Shown here piece by piece: positions 12,201 to 26,726 of a DNA stretch of 64,000 bases. Both the position numbers and the translations under genes were made by a program. Positions within the stretch are counted from its first letter, which is position 1. Each line of letters starts with the position of its first letter. This stretch comes from Cenococcum geophilum (taxonomy: Eukaryota): assembly GCA_050273025.1 (NCBI GenBank), contig CP158635.1, positions 19,592,001 to 19,656,000 of the forward strand, written 5' to 3'. The notes under the pieces were generated by a model. That model was not told where the DNA came from, made no database searches, and saw only the letters and a program-made list of their open reading frames with translations.

Positions 12201-15162
12201 AAATATAGAGATAATATTAAGCTTCGTATAGTAATAAGCCTTACTTAGTTAGTTTAGCGTCTCTTATATTAATGGAATTGGATATTAGTTCTTAACGGTA
12301 ACGGCGTTAAGAGCTCGGTAGTCTATATAGAAGCGCAGGCCGCCACTAGGTTTCTTAATGAAGATTACTAGTATAGCTATAGGCGATAAGCTTGCTCTAA
12401 TAAATCTTTTGCTTAGGTTCTCGTCTAAATACTTTTATAGCACTTAGAGTTTATTTTAGGACATCCCGTATAAGGGTCTAAATCTAGGCTGCTTTCCTTC
12501 TTTAAGTATAATCTTATAGTTATATAATTGGTGTTTTAGTAGCTTATCGGCTTCCCTTTATAAGAATGCATCTAGGCGATAATAATACTCTATTGGTACC
12601 TTTGTGGTAGGGTTAGTGTACTTCTTTAATACTAAGGCCTTCTTAATATCGGCTATCGTGACAGCGAAGATTGTATGCTTAGGTTTTTTAGTAAGTTGCG
12701 CTAGTGGGGTAGCTCTAATTATGCGGATATCTAGGGTGCCGAGCTCGCTTGGATTGTCCATAGTTTCTTATTTAGGTTTAGGTTTAGTATTAGGTACGGA
12801 ATTAGTATTAGATTTAGGTTCGGGTTCTTTAAGAATTCTTTTTATAGTGGAATACCAGTCCTTCTAGTATTTTTGTGTATAGAGCTTAAGCTTTTACTTA
12901 GCTTAAGGCGGTGTAGTGCTTAGTAATAACTTATGGAATTTAGTAGAGTTTTCGGATTATTGGTGGAATTTAGTAGAATTCCTAGGTTAATGGAATCTAG
13001 TGGATTTCTTGGGTATAGGGTGGATAGTTATAGAAATTTTAGACTAGTGGATCGTAGTGGATTTTTTAGATTTTAGTTCTGGGTCTAAGCAGCGAGTTAT
13101 AAGGTACTTCTACTTATAACAAGAGGCGGTAAATAGAAGCTTAAGGTTGTCCTAATTAATAGTTACCTTATATAGCTTTATTTAGGGTTGTCTAAGGATT
13201 ACTAAGTAACCTAGGGTGGTAACAAAAAGTTTAATTAATTCTTCGTAGTTTAGGTATTGGGGTCTTAGGAATACTACGTGGGTAATACGGCCTAAGATAG
13301 TGCGTTTACTATTAAATCCAAATACGTTAATATGCCGATTAAGGGGAATTAGGGTAAAACTATTATTTTACACAAAGATCTTGTTAATAAATCCTATGCC
13401 GCTAGCTCCTGTGTTAATTAGGATTTAAGCGTTAGCCTATTAACTATTCTGCCAAAGACGGCAGTTAATAGTTATGCTATAGTCCTAAGAGTCGGAGTTT
13501 GTGATATTAAATACGTTTAACGAGATTCTATAGTAGAGCTGTCTTGGAGAGCGACTTAGCTCTAGGACCTTCCTTTTAAAGGCAATTAGGGTGGGGTTCT
13601 TATAGGACGTTGGCTGTAGCTTCGTTTTTATAAATAGTGCTTACTAGATATAGGGCTGGAACTAGGTAGAGATTAGGGACGGTAACCGGAAGATCAATGC
13701 GGTGAACGGCTGCTAGTATTAGCCGTTCGTAATTTATGTTTAGGTATAGGGACGGAGCAGTAGTTAGAAAGGTAGGAGCTACTTCTATATTTAAAGCAGA
13801 GGCCTAGCTTAATGCGTTATTCTTATTTAGAGGACCCTAGTAGGGCGTACCCTAGGGTCCTAGTGTTAATATCCATAGCGTTAGAGTGCTTAGGCTAAAA
13901 CAATAACTTAGTAGATATTTACGGGGTTGCCGTATTATATCGTGGAGCGGGCTTCGGTGTTAGGCGTAGTATATTATTATATTGTTTATTAATGACGTTT
14001 ACGCAGGCATTAAGGGCTCCCGGTAGGTCTACGCCTATTAAGGAGGTTTTTAGTTTAGGGCTTAGTGATTTAATGAGGCTGTTAATTAGTGCGGAGTCGT
14101 TCTAGCCTATTTCCTTTGCGTAATAGTTAAATTTAGAGAAGTATATTAGGAAACTTTTCATTCCTTAAGTTATATAGTTTATCTTTCTTTAAGCAGTAGC
14201 TTAGCAGTTTGGGTTACTATACGTGGCTTTAAGAAGTACAACTAGGCTTTACACTAAGTTTAGCTAAAGCGGTTTAATAAGGTTAGCTGCATCTCCTCCT
14301 AGTCGACTTAGGGCGTAACAGAGTCGGTTAGCTTTAGTTAGGTAACGGTCGGCGTTACCAGTTAACTTATTTTTAAGCTGGCTTAGAAATAATTAAAGCT
14401 CTTATTATTTATTGGTGAATACTAGGGGGTCTAGTAGTTGTTTGGGTCGTTTTAGCGTAGTAACCGGCCTAGGGTAAATAGCTACTGTAGGTTTAGGGCT
14501 CGCATTCCGCGTATTTATCTCTAGAGATAGCGTTTAGTCTTAAGGTCCTAGCGTGGGTATTTTAAGGGCGCGGACTTCTTCTTAGAGGTCCTTAATTAAT
14601 TGCTAGTATCGTGCTTCTTATTCGGCTTATTATTAATTTAAAGTGGCTTGGTTCTATTTAAGGGCGTCTATAAAAGACTTCTATATCCCTACTAATTATT
14701 CTTAAAGTGCGGATATAATGCCAGCGGCCGTTATAGGGGCTTCGGGTTCGTTCTGCATATCGACGGTAGTATAGGTAGTTGACATAATATAGTGTCACGG
14801 AGTAAGTATAAGCGACGATAATATATAGCAAGGTAGATATTATTAAGCTATATATATAAACTATATAAGGAGGTTAAGACGTTGCGTAAGGAAAGAAGGT
14901 AGGAGAACGGGAAGAAAGGGTATATATTATTAACTTGGTTGCTTAGTTAATACGTGCATAGGCAGAATAGGGTTTAAGTCGTGGTCCTAGCAGAACTTAG
15001 CAGAATTTGGTGGAACTTGGTAGAATATGGCAGAATGCCGTAGATTGCCGTTAGATTGCCATTAGATTGCCGTTAAATTGCCATTTCGCGGTTAGTCTCT
15101 AATTGCTAAGTCGGTAGAAACAGGTGGATGTGTGTAAGGTATTACAGGGGTGTCCTGTAACA
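9247..15162 (-). mobile_element. Ty3/gypsy LTR retrotransposon B nested in element A, RIPed
   Basis: LTRs at 9247-9594 and 14793-15162 (TG...CA), TSD GATGG (9242-9246 and 15163-15167) and minus-strand polypurine tract at ~9598-9606. Protease LINTGASG at ~13410, RT AYINDILIY at ~12010-12036, then integrase and chromodomain at ~9650-9830. Confidence 0.95.
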
Positions 15163-18100
15163 GATGGCATCTAGCAGAAGTCTAAGAGAAAGGGAATTTA
15201 ATACTTTAGCTAGGAAGATTCCTTACGGAAGAATGCTTAAATAGATAATAGTAGTAGGAATGCCTAGAGAATACGTATCTATAGTATATTAAAAACAAAA
15301 AGCGAACTAGGTATTAGCTAAAGAATAAGCTAAGTATATAAGGATTAAGCAGCTAATAGTTAGGAAAAGTAAAGGCCTATAGGACTAGAGGGAGCCAATG
15401 GTAGAGCCTTAGACCCTTAAAGGAATTTAAGGACGACACCTAAATTTATAAGTTAAATGGCAAAATTAGCAGTTTAAAGCGCTAATAGATAGTGGAGCAA
15501 CGCGAAACTATATCTTACTAGCAGCAGTTAAAAGAATAGGATTACCTTATAGATAGAAGGAGCAATTTTACCTATTAGTTACGATTTTAGGAGATCTAAT
15601 AGTCTATAGAGGAGGGATTATTAATCTTAAAACAGGACCTATTTAGATAACTATTAAAGGAAGATAAATTGAGATATCTTTTGACATCCTACTATTAGGA
15701 AGAGATGAGGCAGTATTAGGGATGCCTTAGTTACAGGAATATAATCTAAAGATCAATTAGATTACAGGCCAAGTCGATATTAGAGATACTTAACGCCGCA
15801 AGATATAACAATAAGCTAAGTTAGTATAGTACTAAGTAGGAGTAACCTATAAGGAAATAGAGAAAGGACTAAGCTATATACTAAAGAGATACTATAAGTA
15901 CGGTAAGAAATTATAGTCACCAGAAAGTGAAAAGCTATTAGATTATATAGTATAGGACTATAAAATAGAATTAGAACTAGGAATAAGTCTAAGGTTCTTT
16001 CCAATCTATAAGCTTACTAAAGAAGAAGGTAGAGCACTAAAAGAGTTTATCTAGGAGAACTTATAAAAGGGATATATTAGACCATCGCAGTTATCAGCGG
16101 GTTATCTAGTACTGTTTATACTAAAGAAGAATAGCAAACTAAGGCTGTGTATCGACTATAGATAGTTAAACAGCATTACTTAGAAGGATAGATATCCTTT
16201 ACCCTTAATTAGCGAAATCTAAGATAGGATAGGCAACGCGCAAATCTTTATAAAGATAGACCTAAGATAGGCGTACCATTAAATTAGAATTAAGGAAGGC
16301 GACGAATAAAAGGCAGCCTTTAGGTCAAAGGAAGGACTGTATAAACTATTAGTTATACAATCTAGGCTTATAAATGCACCAGTAACGTTCTAGAAACGTA
16401 TTAATAAAATATTAGAAGAACACTTAGATGAATTTGTTATAGTATATCTCGACGATATTATTATTTACTTAATAACTAAGGAAGAACACGGAGAGCATAT
16501 TAAATAGGTTTTAAAAAGACTATAAGAAGAACAGATGCTAGTAGCAATTAAGAAATACGAGTTCTTTACTAGGAAGACCGATTTTGTCGGATTTATTATT
16601 AAACTAGGCCAACTAAGTATAGATCTAAAGAAGATTGAGGCTATAGTGAATTGGTAAAAACTAGAGAACGTTACGTAGTTAAGATTGTTCCTAGGGTTCT
16701 ATAACTACTATAGAAGGTTTATAGCGCAATAGTTAAAGGATATTAAGCTATTTACGCGGTTAATAAAGAAAGAAGAACTATAGGTATAGGGAAAGGAATA
16801 AAAAGAGCTATTTAAGCAAGTTAAAGAATTGTTTACCTAGGAGCTAGTTCTTAAAATCTATTAATTAGGATTAGAGACGGTTGTAGAGATAGATATATTA
16901 GACTATATACTAGGGGCATACTTTATATAAAAATATTAAGATAGATAGCACCTAGTAGCATATTACAGTCGGAAGATAATACCACTAGAGTTAAACTATA
17001 ATATCTATAATAAGGAGTTATTAGGTATAGTTATAGCACTAAAGAAATAGAGAGCATTTTTGTAAGGTATAAAGAAACCATTTATAGTTAAGACGGATTA
17101 TAAGAACCTAACGGGATTCCTAATAATAAAGGAACTTAACTAAAAACAAGTTAGATAGGTAGAGATGCTTATAAAATACTATTTTAAGATTTAGTATACT
17201 AAGGGTACAGACAATACATAAGTAGACGCTCTAAGTTAAAAGGCTGAACTATAAAGTAATAAAAAGCCATTAGGGGCTTTGTTGCGAAAGGATATAGACG
17301 GATTAATTAGGTATAATCATCCAAAAATTATAGCAACTTATAAAGAATTAGAAAAAGTCTACGAGATACTAAAAAGCTTTTAGGCGTAAAGAATTCTAAA
17401 AGCATAGCTAGAAGATCTATAGATGGATATATACGAAAATCGAGAAGTAAAGTATATCCTAAGAAGCATAGCAGAGCATTTTGTGGAAGATTTCTATAAG
17501 GGAATAACTTAAGGACACAATGGAGCCACGGGCCTAGTGTTAAGACTTTAGGAAGAGTACATTATTAATAAAATCTGGAATATTGTAAGAAAAGTGATAA
17601 AAGAATATCTAAATTACTAAAGGAATAAATTAATGAGGTATAAGCTATACGGAGGGCTATAACCTATTAAAATATTAAAGAGACCATAGGAGGTTATATT
17701 ATGGGACTTTATTATTAAGTTACTAAAGTTAAGAGATCCTATTACCGGATAAGATTATAACGTGATCTTAGTAATAGTAGATAAGCTTACAAAGTGGGGA
17801 TACTTTATAGCATGTATAGAAGAAATATTAGCGGAAAATATCGCTAGAATCTATATTAAAGAAGTGTTTATAAGATATAGAGCACTAAGTAAAATTATAT
17901 CGGATAGAGATCTAAGATTTATAGTAGTATTCTAGGAAGTGTTCTTAGCAGAGTAAAAAGTTTAAGTAGTAACTTCCACTATATATTATTTATAAATAGA
18001 CGGTTAAACAGAAAGACTAAATTAGACGCTAGAATAGTATCTAAGGCATTATATTAATTATACATAGAATAATTAGGTATCGCTATTACTAGTTATATAG

Positions 18101-18789
18101 TTTATATACAATATAACACCTTAAAAAGGAATAGGCATATTACTATTTAAGGCAAATTATAGATATAAGCTAAGAATATTATTGTTATTACGGTAAGTAA
18201 GGAAAATAAGTAGTATAGCTAAAGAAAGAATAAAGATGTTAATAAATCTTTATATAAACCTTATAGAATTAGTAAAAAGAGTATAAGAGAGAATAAAAAA
18301 GTACTGTAATACTAAGAGACCTAAGGGACCAGATCTTAAGGAGGGAGATAAGGTATAGCTACTATATAAAAATTTTAAGAGTTAACGACTAAGCAAGAAA
18401 TTGGACTACGTTAGACTAAGACCTTTTAAAATTACGTAGAAGATTTCACTGGTTACGTTTAAGTTAAACCTACTAGCCAAAATAAAGATTTACCCTATAT
18501 AGCACATTGTAATGCTAGAGCCAGTATATAGGAATATTAAGCCACTAGTTTACGAGGCAGATATATATAAAGGGTAAGAGGAAGACAAATAGCAAGTTTT
18601 AAAGATCGTTAGTTATAAGAATATTAACGATAAAATATAGTATAAGGTTAAGTAAATAGGCTATAATAAGACTACCTAGAAGCTACTAGAGAATTTAAAG
18701 AATATTATAAGAAAGGTATAGGAGTGTTAGAAGAAATTAGGTTAGGTAGCATTAATAAAAAAGGATCGCTAAAAAATAAGTCACCTAAG

Positions 18790-19360
18790 GGGGACCTAAG
18801 AAGAGCAGTTGCCGAACTACTTAGATTTATTTCCTTTTTTATTAGAAGAGAATCCGTTTTTTTATTGCCAAGTTCCTATAAACCTTATTCTACTAGTTTT
18901 TACTCCTTAGAATAAACCTTTTTATAACCCTTCTTAAGACGGAGTAACCGGGCGGACGCCGCGATATAGGCTTTAAGGGCCTTCTACTCTATATTATAAG
19001 AATATTCCAACTTAGCAAGAGCTTAAGATAGTTTACTATTTAGCCGCGTAGTAGTAGATTAAATATAGGACCCTAAGACAAATTAATTAGGGAACTAGAC
19101 GACTATTAAGAGTAATAGGTTGCGTATATTTAGTATTAGATATAGAGTAAACGTTATAAAATAAGTAAATATTCGCTTTAGTGCACTCTAAGTAAGAGGA
19201 CGGTTATTATAAAGATAGACTCGCCAACGCAATATAAACTAACCCCTCTTTTAAACAACAAGAACACGGAGACGGTATAATTTCACTAAGTAATAATATT
19301 GCAGCCATGGTGTGAGCACAACGTTAGGTGTATAAAGAAGAAGAAGCTTTAGGTATAATA
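18790..19360 (-). pseudogene. Antisense Cys-rich/coiled-coil ORF in the 3' region of gypsy A
   Basis: Minus strand reads MAAILLLSEIIPSPCSCCLKEGLVYIAL...SSYLECTKANI...YNV. With RIP reversed (TAT/TAC from TGT/TGC) this is C-x2-C-x6-C...C-x2-C...C. It is followed by a charged helical stretch, AYIAASARLLRLKKGYKKV. Confidence 0.5.
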
Positions 19361-20528
19361 AGTAACAATATTAACTAAATTAATTAGATGGATATTATAC
19401 CTCTAGTAAACGACTTAGAGATATTTTAAATCTTTAAGGACAAAGATAGAGAGGAGGGAGATGGTGTTATAAACGCTTTAAGTATAATATTATAACTACT
19501 TAGAGAAGAGACGGAAGAAGCTAGTTAGTTAATTTAGGTACGGCCTAGGATAGAGCCAATAGAACTATATAATGAGGAATAGTAACTAAGGTTATATAAT
19601 ATGCTATGTATTAAATAAGAGGAATAAGAGGAACTTACGTACCTTATATATAAGACGTATATTACGTATAAGAAGGATTTTATAGGAGTACGGTTGTGTA
19701 TTTAAGGACCCTTAGTCCCTACCTAGATAGTTCCTTCCTTATAGTGATTCTTAGAATATAATTAAAGTTAATCTATTAGGTAACCACTCCACCAGTTATT
19801 ATTATGTTAACGTCTTCTATATTTACATTTCCTACACACCTAGCCTATTAACAAGCCTATTATAGTTCTTGCTACAAGGTTCCGTTACAACTAGTATAGC
19901 TTAATTATATTTAGATTGGGTAAATTACCTAGCTAAAGTAGATACTAAAGGCCTGCTGCGTTAAAATTAATCTGCTAGTGCTTTAATAAATAAGTAGGAG
20001 CTTTATCCTCTTAGATAATTATATTTAGGCGATTAATCTAGTACTTAATTATAAAGGGAATAAGGATTAGAAGAAGGCACTTAGTAAGGTAGCAATACTA
20101 ATTAATACCACGTTTCTTAGCTGTACGCTTAATAGCGCCGTTTTCCTTACTTATTTAAAACTAAGGTTTCCTGCCTAGCTTATTACGAAGGCCCAGTCGT
20201 CTTAAACTAGTAGTAAGCTCCTATGCCTAATAAAGCTCTAGTTCTATCGCCTTATTAATCTTTTAAAGCTCTAGCTTTAACGCTTTCTTCTCCTCTATAG
20301 TCTTAGGCTTTTAGATTAGGTATAGCGACTTCTAATTATATAAAAAGGCGCCCTAAAATATAAATTTATTAGCCCTCTTAAATTAAGGACAAATAGCTAA
20401 CTTATTGACCTTTTCCTAAGCTAAGCGCTAGAGTTTATAGCCGCCTCTTCTATAGTGTAGAATAACGCCTGTCTTATTACTCTATATAACATTCTTCTAA
20501 TCCTTAATTATTTAATTCTTATATTATA

Positions 20529-23500
20529 TGTCACGGCTAGCTTCCCGTAGGAGCGATCCGATAGATTAAGCAATAATAAGGGGCTATATTATAAATAGAC
20601 TAAGGTAAGGGCTTAAAGAAAGGGGCGCGGTAGACGACTATGTACGTGTTCGGTTGTTGGGGCAACGCTAGGGCAACATTAATCCGTGACCGATGACGCC
20701 TCAATAGTAGCTATGTAGACGAACCGTTACATCACCCCCCTTTAAGCCAGGAGGATCGCCCTCGATCCTTATAGTTAGGCTCTCCTTATCCATCTTACCC
20801 TTCCATCCTTCTTTGCTTTATTGTCTTTCTCTAAGGGCTCTAGATCTACGTCCTTGTAATACGCCTCTAGCCATTGTAATAGCTATACGGGTGGTCTAGT
20901 GTTATGAGGTCTCTTGTCGTGGAACGCCTTAATCTTATGGGGGGCGCCGATAAAGCCGTCTGCGTTATACTAGGTGTTGTTTAGGTTGTGGCCTACCTAG
21001 TTAACCTTATACTATAGCCTTCTATAGTAGGTTCTACTAGTAAGGATCTTATTAATCTCGTACTCCGGCTCGCCGTTAATTAGGATTAACTCCTCTAGCT
21101 CTCTATTCTAGCTCGGCAGGGGGTTATCTAGGTCCTTTCGTAGTCAATTAGTATAGAAGACATTTAACATCTTTATATTTAGGGGTAGGTCGATGATATA
21201 CGAGTGTCCTTTTATGCCTAGAATCTTATAGGGCCCTACAAGCTATCTGTCTAGCTTAATACTTGGTTAGTTAGTAGCCTAGCCCTTTCTAGTAATGTAT
21301 ACTTAATTACCTACTCTGAAGTCTAGTTCGCGACGGTGCCTATTAGCTTGCCTTATCTACTACTCTTAGGCTTTTACTAGGTTATCTCTTGCCTATTTAA
21401 CTGCGTCCTAGGTCCTACGTATGAAAGCCTAAGCTTCTTATCGTGTTAGCTTCTTATAAGGTGTTAAGGTTACTTATATACATTCCTCCCAGTTAAAGTA
21501 AAGCCTTGGCTTAAATCCTAGCTCTAGCTTATATAGTATAAAGCCAGTAGATTTATGCGGTAGGATTGCCTATATAAAGTCTATATAGGGGAGGAGCTCT
21601 AACTAATTGTCCTGGTAGTGGTTAATAAAGGGTCTTAAGCGTTGGTTAATATACTAGTTCAGTACCTCCGTATTATTATTAGTTTGCGGGTAACCGGATA
21701 TAAAGAGCTTTTGCTTAACGCCAGTTAGCCTATATAGCTCGTCTATAAAGGCTAAAATAAATTAAGGTCCTCAATCTAATATAACCGTCTCTAGGAGGCC
21801 GTATACGCGCCAGATGTGCTAGTAGTACAGATTTACTACATCAGCCGCGGTAGTAGTTTTATAGCAGGATAGTAAGAAGGCTCTCTTACCTAGTCGATTA
21901 ACGACTACAAAGACGCTGTTGAAGCCCTTTTTGTCCGTTGGGAAGGACTTAAAATTAAAAGAGATGTACTACCAGCAGCGTTTACCAATTAGTAGGGGGT
22001 GTAGTAGGCCTAGGGTTTTGTCATAGGGTATATAGGTCCTCTTATAGGTCCTGCAGTTTCTTATATAGGTATCATAGTCTGAGGGTAGTCCTGGCTAATA
22101 GTATTAGTCTGCTACGAGTTTTCTAGTCTTTATCTTGCCTGGGTAAATAGTTACCTAGTAGGAGTATACCTCCGTAATAAGGTAGGTACGGAGGTAGTTA
22201 ATATTAGGGACTATTAGCTTATTAAAGCGGGTTAGTAATCCTCCTTAGAGCTTCTAGCCCTTTCTGTCTTACTTAGCTAGCTGGCGTAGCCCTACTAGCG
22301 ATTAACTAGTTCAGTTAGCCTGGAGGATCTGATTAACTAGCTTATATAGTTCCTATTCGCGATTTGCTGTAACTAGGAGGGGGTCCTTAGAGGTTACCTC
22401 TAGTATAGCAATTATAAGGGCGGGGTTAATTAAGTATATAATACGTGCGGCTACGTTCTTCTCCTTTTATATCTTTAGGTCCTCCTGCTTTCGTAATAGG
22501 GTATTAGTTACTATATTTACCATGCCTGGCCTATATATAATTCGTATATGGAAATTAGCTAGTAGGTCTACCTAGCGGGCTTGCCGTGGACTTAGGAGTC
22601 TCTTAGTTATAAAGTACTTAAGGGCTTAATAGTTTATGACCGCTATAAAGGGAGTATACTAAAGGCCAATAAGGTAACCTCGCCATTTCTATAGGCCTCT
22701 TATTACTGCTAGTATCTCTTTATTATAGACCTTATACCGCATCTCTACGGGGGATATTATCTTTAAGAAGAAGGCTACTGGCTTTTAGGTCCCATCGTCT
22801 TGCAGCTGGTTTAGTACCCTAGTTACTACTCTATTGCTCGCGTCTGTCTCTATATAGGTGTCTTAGAACGGTGAGTAGTGCTTGATTATACTGCTAGATA
22901 GTATAAGGGCCTTAACCCGTTTAAAGGCTTTAAGCTCTTCCTCCCCTAGTAGGTACTATGCTTCCTTTTTTATAAGCTTACTAAGCGGTTATGTGACTCG
23001 GCCGTAGTCTTTTAAGAAGGCCTGGTAGAAGTTATAAAACCCTAGGAAGGATTACACCCCTTTTATAGAGGTAGGGGGTTCCTAATCCTTAATTGTAGAT
23101 AGCTTGTTGGTGTTTATAGCGATCCTATTAGTACCGATAATGAAACCTAGGAACTTCGTCTCCGTAATATTGAACTTACTCTTCTTAATATCCGCTTATA
23201 AGCCTGCCTTTTGAAGCCTTTACAGGACCTTTTTAATATAGACTTCGTGCTCTAGCGGGTTATCCAAGTAGATTAGGATGTCGTCTATATAGGCTATATA
23301 GAAATCGTCTAGGTAGTTGAAAAGGACGTTATTAATAAATCTCTGGAAGGATATAGGGCTGTTGTATAGTCTAAAGGGTATAACGCGGTACTTATATAAT
23401 CCGTATCTTATACGGAAGGTAGTTAACTCCTCTACCTCTTCCTTTAGCTATATATGGTAGAAGGCCTGCCGAATGTCTAGCTTAGTGAAGATCTTAGCCC

Positions 23501-26500
23501 TTAATAGCCTAGTTAACATCTCCTTAATTAATAGCAGCGGGTAGCGGTCCTTCTTAGTAATTGTATTAAGCTTCTGAAAGTTAATATAGAATCGCCACCC
23601 CTTTTCTAGTTTCTTGGTAAATAGGACCGGAGCTATAAAGGGTGTATTGCTTGGTATAATAAACCCCTTTTATAGGTGCTCTTATAGGTAGGCCTTAACT
23701 AACTTTAGCTGTTCTAATAATATGTTATATAGTGGGCTAGGGGCTAGTTCTTTACTGCTGCCTTTAAGAATAATATTATGGTCCACCCCCTCGCGATGCG
23801 GTGGTAGTATATTAGAGGTAGCTTTTGAGAAACCGTCAGCGTACTCTTGATAGGGCTGTAGTAGCTTTTTATAGATAAGCCGGCGGAGTTCTTCCTTATT
23901 ATTAGGTAGGGCGTCTAGTCCCTTCCTATCCTCTATTAGCTGGTCTATTTTATAGAGGCTAGTATATCCAATTACTACATCCTTGTACTTTGCCCCTTAT
24001 AGGAAGTTTCTTACCTTAAGTAATATAATATCTGCTGCCCTAAACTGCCTAGTAGATAAAGGCCTCCTTACTCTTAGCTTTATTGGTGGAGCGGGCCTAG
24101 GGTGGAGCTAGTCTTCTATTTTCCTGATTGCGTCTTAGGTATTAATCTTTTAAGTATACTTATAGTTATACAAGGTCTGTTTGGCTTACTTTAGCCTAGC
24201 CTGTTCCTCTAGCTTAATTTTAGTAGATGACTTCCTTTTTTAAAGTTTATTGATTGTGACTATACGTTTAAGGATGCGTTAGGGGGTAGACTTAGACTCT
24301 TAATTTAGTAGTACGTTTCTTTAATCTGTATCTCTCTGGTAATCCTTATTAATTAGTAGGGGTAGGAGCTTCTTTCTTAGTATAATTACATCCTGCCTAC
24401 TATAGTAGTTCTTCTCGGTTCGCTATACTAAAACCCGGTGTTTATAATTAATAAGGGCCCTAGTCTTCTTAAACTACCTACGGCTGATAAGAAGATTGTG
24501 GCGGCCTGTATCGCAGAATAGGAACTATATAGGGACTCGTTAACTGTTTATAACTAGGTTCGCCTTAAAGAGCTATCTGATGGTGTCTGTCTGCTGATTG
24601 TTATGGCCAGATATAGCGACTTCTTGTCCTTTGATCTTGTAGAGCTTTAGTTACAGTTATTACTTAATAATTAGTAGTAGCTTATAGTGTATAAAGGCCT
24701 CTCCGCCCGCACTAGAGTTAAGCAGGCTTACTATATTAAGAGCTACGCCGCTTAGCGCGATCCTGTATAGCGTCGTAAGGGCTGCGCCTCCTAGGATCTC
24801 TTTTAGCCGCACAGGCGCTGTATTAACTGCTCCAATCTGCTCTAGGTAGGAGACTTCTCCTAAAGCTGCTTATTTTCCAACTTTGCCAAATTGGTGACTA
24901 TCTCGTACTCTTTGCTTTGGTTAATTACTTTAGCTTCCATCTTCTTTGGCGCTGTATAGTTGTTAGAATAGTGCCCTTACTTGCTATAGTTAAAGTAGGT
25001 AACAGGCGTTTTTATAGCTAGTGCTAGAGTTAGAGACTGCCTAGGGGGAAGACCTTTAATCTCTTTAGCGCCCCTAGTAGAAGCTCTCTTACTAGCCTGG
25101 GCTGCTCTGTGGTTACTTTATTCCTTACCTATCTGCTTTAAACCTCAGGCGTACTATTAGGCAGTCTTATAATAGGCCTGGAAGCTATAGTCTTTATCTA
25201 CCACCTTAACTTCTATTTAGACGCGTAAGCTGTTATAAAGCTTATTATAAAGCTCCTCTTTCTACTAATCTTACGGTATTTTTAAGATATTTGCTAGCCG
25301 TATAAAGTTAGATTAGAAATTATTAAAGTCTCCTAGGTATGGCATCTTAAGGCCTTTAAGTTCCTACCGGGCCTTAATGCGGTAATCTAGGTCCTTAAAG
25401 ACGTTCTCTAGGAACTCTAGTACCTCTTTACTAGTAGGGTTGCGTTCCACGTCGCGCTCTACCTTTAGGTACGGTAAGAGGTGGTTATAAGCTTTGCCTC
25501 CTACACGCGTCTCGATGTACGCTACTTTTACATCTTCTTCTTAGCCTAGGTCGTCCTGGTAAAACCAGTCTACATTAGATTAAAGCTTATTTTATACATA
25601 GCCGCTCTAGGCTTAGTAGGTAGGTTCTTTCTTATTTGTAAGCGTAGGTAGATCTAGGAACTTTGCCGTATAGATTAAGCCCATAGTGCTGCTTATCTGA
25701 GAGAATGGTGTCCCTTCTTATGTTGTCCGTGCTAGTATACCTTCTTCCTCTTTATTATTCTGCCAACCTAGGGCTTATACGGTAACCTTACGGCCTATCT
25801 TAGATATCTTCCGGTTAGCTTTATGGAGCTTATTAGTCCTATTATCTAAGTGCTCCTTAAGCTCCGCTATCTTTGCTTTAGCCTCCTCTTTTATATTAAT
25901 AGCCTTATACGCGTGGTTATTTGTAAGACGCTATAGTATAGCGATCTACTATTCCAACGCCTTTCTTTATATTCCCTAGAGCCTTAGCTCCTCTATAAGT
26001 TCGGTTATAGGTATCTCGGCTAGGCTTTAGGTGGTTACGGCTATATACTCCCTCTTTATCTCTATCTTAAAGTATATAGGGTTCTTGGCGTCTTCTAATT
26101 ACGCCATAAGACGGTCCTATTTGCTCTTTATATTGTCCGAAAGTTCTATCTCGCTATAGTATGGTTAGAGCTCTAACGGCTTAAGTGTTGCATTTATAGG
26201 TTCCTCGCGGCCTACTAGCGCTAGGTTAGTGGCTATCTCTAGTACACTAGGCCTTAATACGCTCTTTCTTACTATAGTGTCTCTTTTTACTTCCTTAGGT
26301 AAGTCCTCTTGCTGCTAAGATTGTAGTTAGGGTGATCCTTTTGATCTAATTGCCGTAGTCTCTTCTTTTAGCTGCTTAATCTGCTGTTGTAATTGCCTGC
26401 CTTGAGCAGGGCTTAGTGGGTTGGTTAATCTGTAGTTGTGGTAGTAGAACTGGCTACGCGTTTAACCGTTGGACCTAGTATTATATCGCCTCTATAGGCT

Positions 26501-26726
26501 AATTGAGGGTGACCTTAGTCTAATATCACGGCTAGCTTCCTATAGGAGCGATTTGATAGATTAAGTAATAATAAGGGGCTATATTATAAATAGACTAAGG
26601 TAAGGGCTTAAAGAAAGGGGCGTGGTAGACGACTATATATATATTTAGTCGTCGGGGCAACGCTAGGGCAATATTAATCCGTGACCGACGACGCCTTGAT
26701 GGTAGCTATGTAGACGAACCGTCATA
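20529..26726 (-). mobile_element. Ty3/gypsy LTR retrotransposon C, RIPed
   Basis: 203-bp LTRs at 20529-20731 and 26524-26726, TSD TTATA (20524-20528 and 26727-26731) and polypurine tract at ~20735-20743. Zinc knuckle at ~24970-25000, protease LLNSSAGGEAF at ~24700, RT AYIDDILIY at ~23270-23295, then integrase and chromodomain at ~20900-21070. Confidence 0.95.

Larger units (their letters stand above)
6020..19889 (+). mobile_element. Ty3/gypsy chromovirus-like LTR retrotransposon A, RIPed
   Basis: 425-bp LTRs at 6020-6444 and 19465-19889, 5-bp TSD ACTAG (6015-6019 and 19890-19894) and a purine tract before the 3' LTR. gag starts at ~6490 with a zinc knuckle at ~7495. Protease ALIDSGATRN at ~15480 and RT VYLDDI at ~16440 are followed by RNase H, integrase and a chromodomain-like tail at ~18580-18720. 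Confidence 0.95.

Noticed and set aside
12930..13075. Degenerate ~27-bp repeats (TGGAATTTAGTAGAATT...)
   Set aside because: This is a low-complexity linker between protease and RT of gypsy B.
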